Source: Candidatus Kerfeldbacteria bacterium (GTDB lineage Bacteria > Patescibacteriota > Patescibacteriia > UBA9570 > XYC2-FULL-38-9). Taken from it: a stretch of 64,000 nucleotides of DNA. Position numbers and translations under genes: made by a program. The notes beneath the pieces are model-generated. The model worked only from the letters and a program-made list of their open reading frames with translations, did not search any database and was not told the DNA's origin. Each line of letters starts with the position of its first letter. Within the stretch, counting starts at the first letter, position 1. Below are positions 1 through 11,364 of this stretch, one piece after another. Where the stretch lies: NCBI GenBank assembly GCA_043813585.1, contig JBDRKW010000002.1:19182-83181 (forward strand), written 5' to 3'.

Positions 1-182
1 AAAAACAGCCCGGATTCAAAACCTTTGTAAAGCGCAGTGAACACCTTCATAGGCGACGGGAACAGCCACGCAGGCCACACGCCGATCTTGTAAATAACCC
101 ACCATACAAATACCAAAAACACAAGGAATACAATCTTGATGCCGATTTTAGCCGCCTGCTTTTGCCGCTGGGTCAGGGTCAT
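1..182 (-). CDS. ABC transporter permease, N-terminal part (SsuC/TauC-like); partial, runs off the window
   Basis: The reverse complement of 1-182 translates to MTLTQRQKQAAKIGIKIVFLVFLVFVWWVIYKIGVWPAWLFPSPMKVFTALYKGFESGLF. ATG at 182-180 overlaps the stop of the upstream ATPase (ATGA). The hydrophobic N-terminus with WPAWLFPSP is typical of aliphatic-sulfonate/taurine permeases. Confidence 0.6.
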   Translation of the reverse strand, partial: MTLTQRQKQAAKIGIKIVFLVFLVFVWWVIYKIGVWPAWLFPSPMKVFTALYKGFESGLF

Positions 183-949
183 GCCGGTTGGGATGAATGA
201 TATGCCAGCATTTCCGCGACAACCTTGTCGATCTCTTCCTTGAGCTCTTTCATGATTTCGTTGCTGATTTTTGCGACTTCAAGGTCGTTCATGTCGCGCG
301 GACGCGGCAGGGTGATGCGGTACTCTTTTTTAATGCGGCCGGGCCGCGCCGTGAACACCACCACCCGGTCGCCGAGACACACCGCCTCGCGCACGTTATG
401 GGTGACGAACATCACAGTTTTTTTTGTCATATGCCAGATCTCCTGCAGTTCGTTGTACAGCAGCTCCCGCGTCTGCGCGTCGAGAGCGGCAAACGGCTCG
501 TCCATGAGCAGGATATCCGGATCGAGTATGAGCGTGCGCGCCAGCGCCGCGCGCTGCCGCATGCCTCCGGACAGCTCATGCGGGTATGAATCCGCAAACG
601 CGGACAGATGCACCATGTTCAGGTACTTCTGCACCAATGGCGTACGCTCCGATCTTTTCATGCCCTGCTGCTTCAGCCCGAACGCGACATTACTCCTGAC
701 TTTCAGCCAGGGAAACAGCGCCGCATCCTGGAACATAAACCCGACTTTGCCTACCACTTCAATGGTGCCGCGCCTCGTGCGTTCCAATCCGGCCACAAGG
801 GAAAGAAGGGTGGACTTGCCGCAGCCGGACGGGCCGACCAGGCAGACGAACTCACCCTCCTTCACCTCAAGGTTGATGTCCTCGAGCGCCTCGACGTAAT
901 GGCTGTTTGAACGGAACTTTTTACTGATATTGCTGATTCGTAATTTCAT
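179..949 (-). CDS. ABC transporter ATP-binding protein, NitT/TauT (SsuB/TauB-like) family
   Basis: Walker A GPSGCGKST, signature LSGGMRQRAALARTL, Walker B LLMDEPFAALD. ATG at 949, stop at 179. Confidence 0.88.
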   Translation of the reverse strand: MKLRISNISKKFRSNSHYVEALEDINLEVKEGEFVCLVGPSGCGKSTLLSLVAGLERTRRGTIEVVGKVGFMFQDAALFPWLKVRSNVAFGLKQQGMKRSERTPLVQKYLNMVHLSAFADSYPHELSGGMRQRAALARTLILDPDILLMDEPFAALDAQTRELLYNELQEIWHMTKKTVMFVTHNVREAVCLGDRVVVFTARPGRIKKEYRITLPRPRDMNDLEVAKISNEIMKELKEEIDKVVAEMLAYHSSQPA

Positions 950-1967
950 TCAGGATAGTCAGGTCGTATAAGTCATCGAGGTTCGGCTTCTCTTCGCCGA
1001 GGAAGCCGTTGTCGAACGCCCACTCCGAAAACTCAAGCGCCGTATCGGACAGCGGGTCAACGGTCGGGTCGATCCTTTCCCACGCCATCTCCAGCACGTT
1101 ATCCGCGATGCGCGCAGAAGTGATGCGCTCGATCTCCGAGTTGACAACGGTCTGCGCCTCGGCCGGGTTAGCGATAATCCAGTCGGTCAGCTCAACGTGC
1201 GCCTCAAGGAACTTGCGCACCAGATCAGGATGTTCATTCAGGAAATCGGTATTCGCGACAATGTTCGTAGTGATGAACTTGTCGCCTTCCCACAAGTCGC
1301 GCTCGTCAATGATGAGTTCGCCGTCCGCTTCAATAATGATGCGCGACGCCCACGGCTCCGGAGCCCAGCAGCCGTCCAGGTCGCCCTGGGTGAACATGGT
1401 CAGCTGGTCCGCGTTCGCGATCGGGATGATCTCAACATCGTCGGTGAGGTTGTTTGCTGCGAGGTAATGGCGCAGTGAAATATCCTGCGTGTTGCCGAGA
1501 GATGGCGTGGCAATCTTCATGCCTTTCAGCGCCTGCGCCCCCTGCGCCTTGAACGCCGCCGCCAGCTCCGACGTGCCGACTAATGCGGCTCCGCCCGAAT
1601 TCGCGCCGCTGATGATGCGCAGCGCCTGGCCTTCCGACTTTACATACCCGTTGATGGCAGGGGACGGCCCGATGTACCCCAAGTCAATCTCCCCCGCAAA
1701 GAGCGCTTCTATTTCGGTTGTGCCGGAGTTGAACGTCAGCGGGACGATCTCGACGTCATCGCCCAGGTACTGCTGGAACGTACCGTCCTGCATACCCACC
1801 ACCGCCTGCGAATGGGTGATGTTCGGGAAATACCCGATGCGTACGGACTGTTTTTCTCCTCCCTGTTGGTTCTGCTCTGCGCCTTCCTGCTTCGTGCAGC
1901 TGGCCCCGACAATAACCAGGGCCGCACTGACAAAGCATGCAAGCGCAATGATGTTGTTTCGTTTCAT
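921..1967 (-). CDS. ABC transporter substrate-binding lipoprotein, NMT1/SsuA/TauA-like
   Basis: The track ORF starts at TTG 1973; the first ATG is 1967 (MKRNNIIALACFVSAALVIVGASC, lipobox GASC). VRIGYFPNITHSQAVVGMQ...EIDLGYIG is typical of sulfonate/taurine binding proteins. Overlaps the ATPase start by 29 nt. Confidence 0.75.
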   Translation of the reverse strand: MKRNNIIALACFVSAALVIVGASCTKQEGAEQNQQGGEKQSVRIGYFPNITHSQAVVGMQDGTFQQYLGDDVEIVPLTFNSGTTEIEALFAGEIDLGYIGPSPAINGYVKSEGQALRIISGANSGGAALVGTSELAAAFKAQGAQALKGMKIATPSLGNTQDISLRHYLAANNLTDDVEIIPIANADQLTMFTQGDLDGCWAPEPWASRIIIEADGELIIDERDLWEGDKFITTNIVANTDFLNEHPDLVRKFLEAHVELTDWIIANPAEAQTVVNSEIERITSARIADNVLEMAWERIDPTVDPLSDTALEFSEWAFDNGFLGEEKPNLDDLYDLTILNEITNQQYQ

Positions 1968-1988
1968 ATGCAAATCAATTATTATCGT

Positions 1989-2390
1989 TTAGACAAGGTC
2001 GGCTATTGTCAGACGTTCCAGCCTGCGGGATATGTAATCCCGTATGCCTTTGAATTCCTTCAGCGCCTTTTTTTCCTTGGAAATGGGCGTTGTCTCAAAA
2101 TAAAATTCGCTCACCGATTCCGTCGGCGCCAGCGCGCCGTCCATCAGCCGGATTACTTCCGCCACCGTTATCTTGTTTGCCGGACGGGCAAGCATGTAAC
2201 CGCCCTGCGCGCCGCGCTTTGTCTTGATTAGGCGGCTCTGTTTGAGGGCAGTCAGGAGATGCTCCAGATATTTTTTTGTGATATCGTATTTATCGCAAAT
2301 CTTCTCGACCTTGACGTACTCGTCTTTGCCGTATCGCGCTATGTAAATGAGCGCGAGGAGGGAATATTCACTTTTTGTCGTCAGTTTCAT
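1989..2390 (-). CDS. Rrf2-family transcriptional regulator (IscR/CymR/NsrR-like)
   Basis: 133 aa. N-terminal wHTH SEYSLLALIYIARYG...KYLEHLLTALKQSRLIKTKRGAQGGYMLARPANKITVAEVIRLMDG. First gene of a co-directional string with the SBP/ATPase/permease genes. Confidence 0.85.
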   Translation of the reverse strand: MKLTTKSEYSLLALIYIARYGKDEYVKVEKICDKYDITKKYLEHLLTALKQSRLIKTKRGAQGGYMLARPANKITVAEVIRLMDGALAPTESVSEFYFETTPISKEKKALKEFKGIRDYISRRLERLTIADLV

Positions 2391-2402
2391 TATTTGAAGC
2401 TA

Positions 2403-2427
2403 ATTGTCTAGTATGTCCATAGACAAT
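2403..2427. promoter_or_regulatory. Perfect 8-bp inverted repeat ATTGTCTA-N9-TAGACAAT, 13-37 nt upstream of the rrf2 start; candidate Rrf2 autoregulatory operator
   Basis: Read directly: attgtcta gtatgtcca tagacaat. The position overlaps the expected promoter/RBS of the regulator gene. Confidence 0.4.
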
Positions 2428-2501
2428 ATAAACTATATCGACGCGCTGTCAACAAGAGTTTTCCACATTTTTGTATCCCACGTTGTTACGGCTGTCCGCT
2501 T

Positions 2502-3536
2502 TTACGTGCGTTTCGATTCCTCAGCCGCTGTTGAATAATCCATGCGGCGGTCAAAAATGATCCGCTCCAGCCGTCCCCACGGAATCTTCTTTTCATCCTG
2601 CAGCGCCTCCAATATCTCGCCGCCACGCTTCTTAAAAAGCTCCTCTTTGACGCCCTCATGCCCGCCGATGGTCATGTACGAATAGATCAGCTGCGCCAGC
2701 TTGTCCTTTTGCTTGTATTGTATCGCCCGTTCCATCTGCTTCACCAGTTCAAGCTGCGTCTCATTATTATCGGGATTTCGGAACACCCGCAGGAATTCAT
2801 CGATTCTGGCGTCAACGCTGTGCTTAGTCGATTCAGCGTACGCCACATTCGCCACATCCGCTTCTATCTCCTCACGAATGACTGCCTGCAACTGGTGAAG
2901 AAGATCATTATTTTTTTCAAAATGCGCTTTTGAAATAGCACCCTGCACCAGCCATGAGGCTTTGTCCATCAACTTTTCGACATACGCAAATTTCAAGTCA
3001 TCCGTAAGCGTAGGTTTGTTGCTAACCTCTTCAGCAGGAGTGTACTTCGCGTGTTCCGGAACTGGCGGCTGTTGCTCACGCTGATAATACTGGGTCAGCG
3101 CTCCTTCATTTGACATCTGTTCTACCGTATCCGTCACCGCCTGCCGCAAATCATGGGCATACAACCCGGTCCGTTCAATGATGTCTTTTCTCATCTCTTC
3201 GTCAAGATCGCCTCCTTCGGTTGTCGTGGATTTGTAGATTGCTTCCTTCTTGGAAAATTCCTTTGATTCCTGAATAAAAGCCACGAACGTGGCATCCTCG
3301 CGCAACCTTTGCATCGTTCGCTCGTCAATCAGCTTGGCACTCACCATCTCATCCAGCGCCACTGCCACGTTGCGGTCAAAATTCTGTTCTGCCTGCTCCC
3401 ATTTGACGTCGTCATGCAGGTCCTGTTCCGCTTCTTCCTTTATTTCTTCCAGTGTTTCCGGCTCCGGTCGCGTTCCAAAAGGATCGTGTTCAGCCCTTGC
3501 CTTTCTTCTAAAAAATCCCAGGAATTCTTTTGCCAT
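2502..3536 (-). CDS. hypothetical acidic soluble protein (344 aa), no recognisable domain
   Basis: Long ORF with ATG at 3536 and no TM segments. E/D/K-rich. No motif I can assign. Confidence 0.5.
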   Translation of the reverse strand: MAKEFLGFFRRKARAEHDPFGTRPEPETLEEIKEEAEQDLHDDVKWEQAEQNFDRNVAVALDEMVSAKLIDERTMQRLREDATFVAFIQESKEFSKKEAIYKSTTTEGGDLDEEMRKDIIERTGLYAHDLRQAVTDTVEQMSNEGALTQYYQREQQPPVPEHAKYTPAEEVSNKPTLTDDLKFAYVEKLMDKASWLVQGAISKAHFEKNNDLLHQLQAVIREEIEADVANVAYAESTKHSVDARIDEFLRVFRNPDNNETQLELVKQMERAIQYKQKDKLAQLIYSYMTIGGHEGVKEELFKKRGGEILEALQDEKKIPWGRLERIIFDRRMDYSTAAEESKRT

Positions 3537-3680
3537 AAGTATTGTGGATTATTATGTCTTAACAAAGAAACTGTACCAACAATTAACCATAATTGGCAAT
3601 GCATCCGGCTTCCCTTTCCCCACAGATTATCTTCTTGACGGCTTTACGCATTTTCGCTAAGATTTGACTTGCGCGAAAAA

Positions 3681-5690
<2,010 letters not shown>

Positions 5691-5716
5691 CTCCCCAACC
5701 GTAAACACGGTTTTAT

Positions 5717-5747
5717 GAGCTCCCGGCAGCATTCCGGGAGCTTTTAT
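5717..5747 (+). terminator. Rho-independent terminator after groEL
   Basis: gagctcccgg-cagcatt-ccgggagctt followed by ttat. A 9-10 bp GC stem plus U-tract. Confidence 0.7.
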
Positions 5748-5780
5748 ATATATGCAAAAAATGCTATACTTGCAGACGAT

Positions 5781-6275
5781 ATGGATGAACATAAACCTGA
5801 AGAGTTAGCGGAAAAATCAATGACCACGGAGCTGGAGGACGCTTCGTCACCAGTACCTCCGGAGGTTGTTGAAACCCAAAAAGTAGCGGAAAAATACATC
5901 AAAGTCCTGATTTGGCCCGTTTTCATTGCCGGCGCCTTTTTGGTTACCGCGCTTTATAATGAGAACCGCATAATGCTGGTGCTGATTACGCACGGCATCC
6001 TGATTATCCTGGTGCTGCTGGAAGCGTTCCGCGAAAAAGCAAGATGGCAGATCGCTGCAATAGCAGGTGCAATCGCCAGTGGAACCGCAGCACTCATCGT
6101 TGCAATCTGGGAACTTATTACCGACTTCACGGTACTGAACATCTTCAATTTATTTACATCAACGGCAATTACCGCAATCTTTGCGGGAATCATAACCGGC
6201 TTTCTTTTTATTGTTGTACAGCTGATTATCGGAAAAAAACAAACAATTGCGAAAGGGGGTGAGCAACATGGCTGA
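5781..6275 (+). CDS. hypothetical integral membrane protein (about 4 TM)
   Basis: The track ORF starts at 5715 inside the groEL terminator. ATG at 5781 (MDEHKPEELAEK...) follows an extended -10 TGcTATACT (5760-5768). Several hydrophobic helices. Confidence 0.5.
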   Translation: MDEHKPEELAEKSMTTELEDASSPVPPEVVETQKVAEKYIKVLIWPVFIAGAFLVTALYNENRIMLVLITHGILIILVLLEAFREKARWQIAAIAGAIASGTAALIVAIWELITDFTVLNIFNLFTSTAITAIFAGIITGFLFIVVQLIIGKKQTIAKGGEQHG

Positions 6276-6618
6276 CCAACCAACAGCACCCCAGCAACCA
6301 ACAAGCGGCGGCAACGACGCGGAAGAGAACAAGATGATGGCGGTACTCGCGTACATCGGCATTCTCGTACTCGTCCCGCTGCTCGCAGCAAAGGACAGTA
6401 AATTCGCACAGTATCATGCCAAACAGGGACTTGCTCTGTTTATCGCAGAAGTCGTCATTGGGTTAGTGGGTATTATCCCATTTATCGGATGGCTTGTGAT
6501 GTTTGTCGGATTCCTCGCCTGCCTCGTTCTGGCAATTATGGGAATCATGAATGCATTGAACGGCAAAGAAAAAGAACTTCCGTTACTTGGACCAATTGCC
6601 AAGAAGCTGAACTTCTAA
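6268..6618 (+). CDS. DUF4870-family small membrane protein
   Basis: Starts at MADQ (6268), preceded by an AAGGGGGTGA RBS. MAVLAYIGILVLVPLLAAKDSKFAQYHAKQGLALFIAEVVIG is the characteristic DUF4870 core. Confidence 0.7.
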   Translation: MADQPTAPQQPTSGGNDAEENKMMAVLAYIGILVLVPLLAAKDSKFAQYHAKQGLALFIAEVVIGLVGIIPFIGWLVMFVGFLACLVLAIMGIMNALNGKEKELPLLGPIAKKLNF

Positions 6619-6623
6619 CAATA

Positions 6624-6662
6624 AAACCCCGCACACGCATACTCGCACGTCCGGGGTTTTTT
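6624..6662. terminator. bidirectional Rho-independent terminator between the DUF4870 gene and the recA 3' region
   Basis: aaaaCCCCG...CGGGGtttttt. The GC stem has A-tract and T-tract on either side, so it can terminate both convergent transcripts. Confidence 0.6.
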
Positions 6663-6671
6663 GTATCTAAT

Positions 6672-6874
6672 TATTTATGTCAGCATTTGCTTGTGTAGCG
6701 GACTAGAAGGGCTGAGCGGCCATGGTGTCTTGCGAAGCAAGACGAGCGAAGCCCGGAAAGTCAATGAGTGAGCCTCGGTGGGGCGAACGAATGGCGCTAC
6801 AAAGCAAGATGCTGACATAAATATCGCGAAGACGAGAATAGCTCGCGGCGGTAATGTCCGGAAGGGGCTGAGCG
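6672..6874. repeat. about 200-nt non-coding element downstream of recA, bounded by a perfect 15-bp inverted repeat and carrying a duplicated 13-14 nt motif
   Basis: TATTTATGTCAGCAT at 6672-6686 has its exact reverse complement at 6809-6823. GAAGGGCTGAGCG occurs at 6706-6718 and GAAGGGGCTGAGCG at 6861-6874. Inner hairpin CTTGCgaaGCAAG. No ORF. Confidence 0.3.
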
Positions 6875-6884
6875 AGCTTCTTAT

Positions 6885-7943
<1,059 letters not shown>

Positions 7944-7985
7944 ACATGATTTATTTACTGTTTGTTTTATTCGGTCCGTCCATCA

Positions 7986-8043
7986 TAACCGAACAAAACC
8001 CGAATGTCCAGACATCCTGTGGATAACCGAACAAAACCCGAAT
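7986..8043 (-). promoter_or_regulatory. two identical 20-nt boxes (ATTCGGGTTTTGTTCGGTTA on the recA coding strand), 38 bp apart in the recA promoter; candidate SOS (LexA) operators
   Basis: Exact 20-mers at 7986-8005 and 8024-8043. The same box pair with the same 38-bp period occurs 35-92 nt upstream of lexA (32524-32581). The proximal box lies between the -35-like TGGACA and the -10 TATGAT. Confidence 0.6.
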
Positions 8044-8068
8044 ATTACAAAGTACAAACCCCACGTCC

Positions 8069-8779
8069 TCATGCATCCTCTTCTGGAGCCTCATATAAGA
8101 TATTCCGAATTTCTACGCGTTCAGAACTGCGTTTGGACCGGGTGGTTATGCGAAGCGAATTTAAACCTTCATGCAAATAGACATCCTCGATAAAACGGCC
8201 GTCCGGATCAACCGAAATGCCTTGGCCGTTGATCTCCACAATTGCTTCCGGTTCGGTTTTACCACGAATAGTGATCTTCCGGTCGGCCACAATCACATCC
8301 TCTGTCGGATACTCAATCACGAGCTCGGGCGGGCTTAAAAGCTGCACGATCTCCCAGGAAAAATAGATCACCAGGAGCAGCACGACAATCCCGGCAACCC
8401 CGAACCTCAACAGTCGCGGTATCAGAAGCGGTTTGCGCTGATGCGGCGTCGATCCCGTACCCACCGGCTTATGCCGCTTCGATTCCTGCTTGCGCTGCAC
8501 GTCCGGATGGAACGCGCGGATCTCCCTTTTGTAGTCCTCTTCGATCTTCTCCCACCGCACGCCAAGTTCTCGGCAATACAGCTTGAGATAATTGGTCACA
8601 TAGACCGGCGACGGAAGGTCGCTATACCGGCCGGACTCCAGCGCCTCCAGATACCGCTGCGGCACCTTAATCGCCCTCGCAATCTCTGTCATCACCAAGC
8701 CCTGTGACTGGCGCGCCACTCGAAGCTGTTCACCGACTGTTTGATGCTGCCGTACCGGCTGCTGTTTAAAATTCGACAT
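8069..8779 (-). CDS. RodZ-like cytoskeleton protein (XRE-type HTH, one TM, C-terminal beta domain)
   Basis: The track ORF begins at GTG 8866 inside ftsK. ATG at 8779 (MSNFKQQPVRQHQTVGEQLRVARQSQGLVMTEIARAIKVPQRYLEALESG) gives the HTH, followed by TM GVAGIVVLLLVIYF. Overlaps the ftsK 3' end by 14 nt. Confidence 0.6.
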   Translation of the reverse strand: MSNFKQQPVRQHQTVGEQLRVARQSQGLVMTEIARAIKVPQRYLEALESGRYSDLPSPVYVTNYLKLYCRELGVRWEKIEEDYKREIRAFHPDVQRKQESKRHKPVGTGSTPHQRKPLLIPRLLRFGVAGIVVLLLVIYFSWEIVQLLSPPELVIEYPTEDVIVADRKITIRGKTEPEAIVEINGQGISVDPDGRFIEDVYLHEGLNSLRITTRSKRSSERVEIRNILYEAPEEDA

Positions 8780-11126
8780 TATTGCGATCTTCAGGATCAA
8801 GATCCTCCTGCGACTCCTCATCAGAATACTCGTCTTCCGGCTCATCTGGCTCCTCCGGCTCTTCACCCGGCTCTCCGATCATCGATTCTCCCGCCGCCTC
8901 GTCCTGCACAAGAATTTCACGCGGCTTCGCTCCGTCTGCCGGGCCGATAAATCCTTCTTCTTCCAGGATATCCAGAATACGCGCTGCTCGCGCATACCCA
9001 ACCCGCAGCCGTCGCTGCAAGAGCGATGCGGACGCTTTGCCCGCCTGCAAAATCACCTCTTTGGCATCATCAAGTAATTCATCGCTGTCTTCAGCTCCAC
9101 CGCTCACGCCCGAGATGCCTCTTTTACCGGTATTAGATTCCGTTACATCGCTGTCATATTCCGGCTTCTCCCGATTCCGCAGATAATCCACGACAGCATC
9201 AATGTCCTTGCTTTCCAGATGCGCGCCCTGCAGACGCTTCGGCCTGGACAGGGTTGCATCAATAAACAGCATATCGCCGCGGCCAAGCAGCTTCTCCGCT
9301 CCGGAAAAATCCAGGATTGTGCGCGAATCCACCTGCGACGCCACGGAAAACGCAATGCGCGCCGGCATATTCGCCTTGATCAGGCCGGTAATGACGTTGA
9401 CCGACGGACGCTGCGTTGCCAGCACCAAGTGGATGCCGACCGCACGCGCCATCTGCGCCAGCCGCACAATCGCCGCTTCAACCGAATTTGCAGCAACCGA
9501 CATTAGATCTGCCAATTCATCAATCACGAACACAATATACGTCATGCGCTCGTCTTCATCGACTTTGCTGTTGTATTCATCAATGCTTCGCGCACCGGCC
9601 CGTTGCAGCATTTCATACCGCCGATCCATCTCCGCCACCGTCCATTTCAACGAATTCACTGTTTTTTCAATGTCAGTAATCACCGGCGTCAGCAGATACG
9701 GGATATCGTTATAGTTCGACAACTCCACGCGCTTTGGATCCACCAGGATAAACTTGAGGTCATCCGGAGAATTCTGGTACATGAGCCCGCAGATAACACT
9801 GTTGATACAAACCGACTTACCTGAACCGGTAGCACCCGCAATCAACAGATGCGGCATGCCTGATAAAGACGTGACAAACGGCTTGCCCGCAACATCTTTA
9901 CCTAAACACAGTGTGAGATTGTCTTTGCGTTTCTTGAATACTTTCGAAGTGAGGATCTGTCGCAGTGTTACTGTTGCAATCGCCTTGTTCGGCACTTCAA
10001 TGCCGACTAACGCCTTGCCAGGGATCGGCGCTTCAATCCTGATTGGAAATGCAGCCAGCGCCAACGAAATATCGTTATGCAATGTCGTGATCTGCGTAAG
10101 CTTTACACCCTCTTGCGGGGCCAACGTGTACTGCGACACCATCGGGCCGACATTTACTTCGCCCATCTCAACCGGAATACCGAAGCTCTCCAACGTCAAT
10201 CGAATTTTTTCCTTATTCTCCTCAATGTCGCCGCTGGTCGGCTTCTCATTGCGTTCCGATAGCAGGCTCAACGGTATTTCACTCCAGCCGCGCCGTTTAG
10301 ACCGCTTTGGAATAAACGACATCTGTTCCAGATCCTTGTCTGTCGCCTGCTCCTGCCCGGTATGCTCTACTTCTTTGGTGGAAAACGCCGGCTCTTCTTC
10401 CGGTTCGCCATCAACGCTCCCTTCTTCTGATTCATCGTCCTCATCTTCCTCGGCATCTTCTTTTGCTGCGCCGATCTTATACCCGTTCATACGCGCATGC
10501 AGCCGCGTCTTCAGCCAATTCCATACGCCGCCGAAAAAACCGAACTCGCGCACCCGCGTAATGAGCGCAGGTATCGACAGGCTCAACATTACAGAAACTG
10601 ATGCGATAAACAGGCCGAGCAACACGATAATCGCCACCCAGATGCCGGCGTATTTTATTAGCGGAATGGAAAACACGATTCCCAGGTAGCCGCCGCCTTT
10701 GCCGGCTTTAGCCGCTTCGGTGAAATCAACATACGGGATAAACAGGTGCAGAAGCGCCAGCCCGGACAACAGGAAAAACGCCAGTCCGATCCAGTTCCAC
10801 ATGCGGATTTCGTATTTATCGCCATTCAGGAACAGATACGCGAGCGCCGCAATGATAAACGGCACGATATACCGGCCCCAACCAAACACCCAGCCAAGGA
10901 TCTCGTCTACCCATACACCGAAATCGCCGGCCGCATTCACAAACGACAATAACGACACCGCTGAAACTGCGAATAAGAAAATAACGAGCAGTCCGCGCTG
11001 CGCACCGCCGTCATCTTCATCCCACGTATATTTCTTACGCTGCTGTTTTGGCTCCGCCTCTTCGTCCTTTGGTGGACGCCCGCGTTTCTTTGCAGGCTCT
11101 TGCTTTAAGGTCTTTCTCTTCGCCAT
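8766..11126 (-). CDS. ftsK: DNA translocase FtsK/SpoIIIE
   Basis: 786 aa. N-terminal TM helices, Walker A LLIAGATGSGKSV, gamma winged-helix (SLLQRRLRVGYARAARILDILEEEGFIGP), then an acidic tail. Confidence 0.95.
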   Translation of the reverse strand: MAKRKTLKQEPAKKRGRPPKDEEAEPKQQRKKYTWDEDDGGAQRGLLVIFLFAVSAVSLLSFVNAAGDFGVWVDEILGWVFGWGRYIVPFIIAALAYLFLNGDKYEIRMWNWIGLAFFLLSGLALLHLFIPYVDFTEAAKAGKGGGYLGIVFSIPLIKYAGIWVAIIVLLGLFIASVSVMLSLSIPALITRVREFGFFGGVWNWLKTRLHARMNGYKIGAAKEDAEEDEDDESEEGSVDGEPEEEPAFSTKEVEHTGQEQATDKDLEQMSFIPKRSKRRGWSEIPLSLLSERNEKPTSGDIEENKEKIRLTLESFGIPVEMGEVNVGPMVSQYTLAPQEGVKLTQITTLHNDISLALAAFPIRIEAPIPGKALVGIEVPNKAIATVTLRQILTSKVFKKRKDNLTLCLGKDVAGKPFVTSLSGMPHLLIAGATGSGKSVCINSVICGLMYQNSPDDLKFILVDPKRVELSNYNDIPYLLTPVITDIEKTVNSLKWTVAEMDRRYEMLQRAGARSIDEYNSKVDEDERMTYIVFVIDELADLMSVAANSVEAAIVRLAQMARAVGIHLVLATQRPSVNVITGLIKANMPARIAFSVASQVDSRTILDFSGAEKLLGRGDMLFIDATLSRPKRLQGAHLESKDIDAVVDYLRNREKPEYDSDVTESNTGKRGISGVSGGAEDSDELLDDAKEVILQAGKASASLLQRRLRVGYARAARILDILEEEGFIGPADGAKPREILVQDEAAGESMIGEPGEEPEEPDEPEDEYSDEESQEDLDPEDRNNVEF

Positions 11127-11174
11127 AGAAAGGTATTATACCATATTTCAAGGTGCAAATCCAGCCCAACCCAC

Positions 11175-11199
11175 TAAAAAACACTCCTCAAAGGAGTGT
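11175..11199 (-). terminator. Rho-independent terminator about 170 nt downstream of guaA
   Basis: Minus strand reads ACACTCCTttgAGGAGTGT followed by TTTTTT. Confidence 0.6.
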
Positions 11200-11364
11200 C
11201 CGCGCCTTCCTCTATAGAAAGGCACCTATGATTGTAGCTTACCGGGGGCTCTTCGTCAAATCCAGGACACCACCAATAAATAGACGCCAAAAAAGAAAAA
11301 CATCAGCGCCACCAGCAATAACCCTTTGTATCGAAATTTAACCATACGAAATTATTTACGCCTA

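Noticed and set aside
6850-6875. SRP (4.5S) RNA helix-8 motif GUCC-GGAA-GG...GC.GAGC
   Set aside because: The flanking strands do not match the conserved AGGUCAGG / AGCAGCC helix-8 sequence, and the element is not a simple 100-nt hairpin. The similarity is too weak.
7986-8043. CRISPR-like repeat array (identical 20-mers with regular spacing)
   Set aside because: There are only two copies per locus, the 18-nt spacers are themselves partly conserved between loci, and the position is inside promoters of recA and lexA. This fits an operator interpretation, not a CRISPR array.
9754-10689. 311-aa plus-strand ORF
   Set aside because: Antisense within ftsK; no start context.
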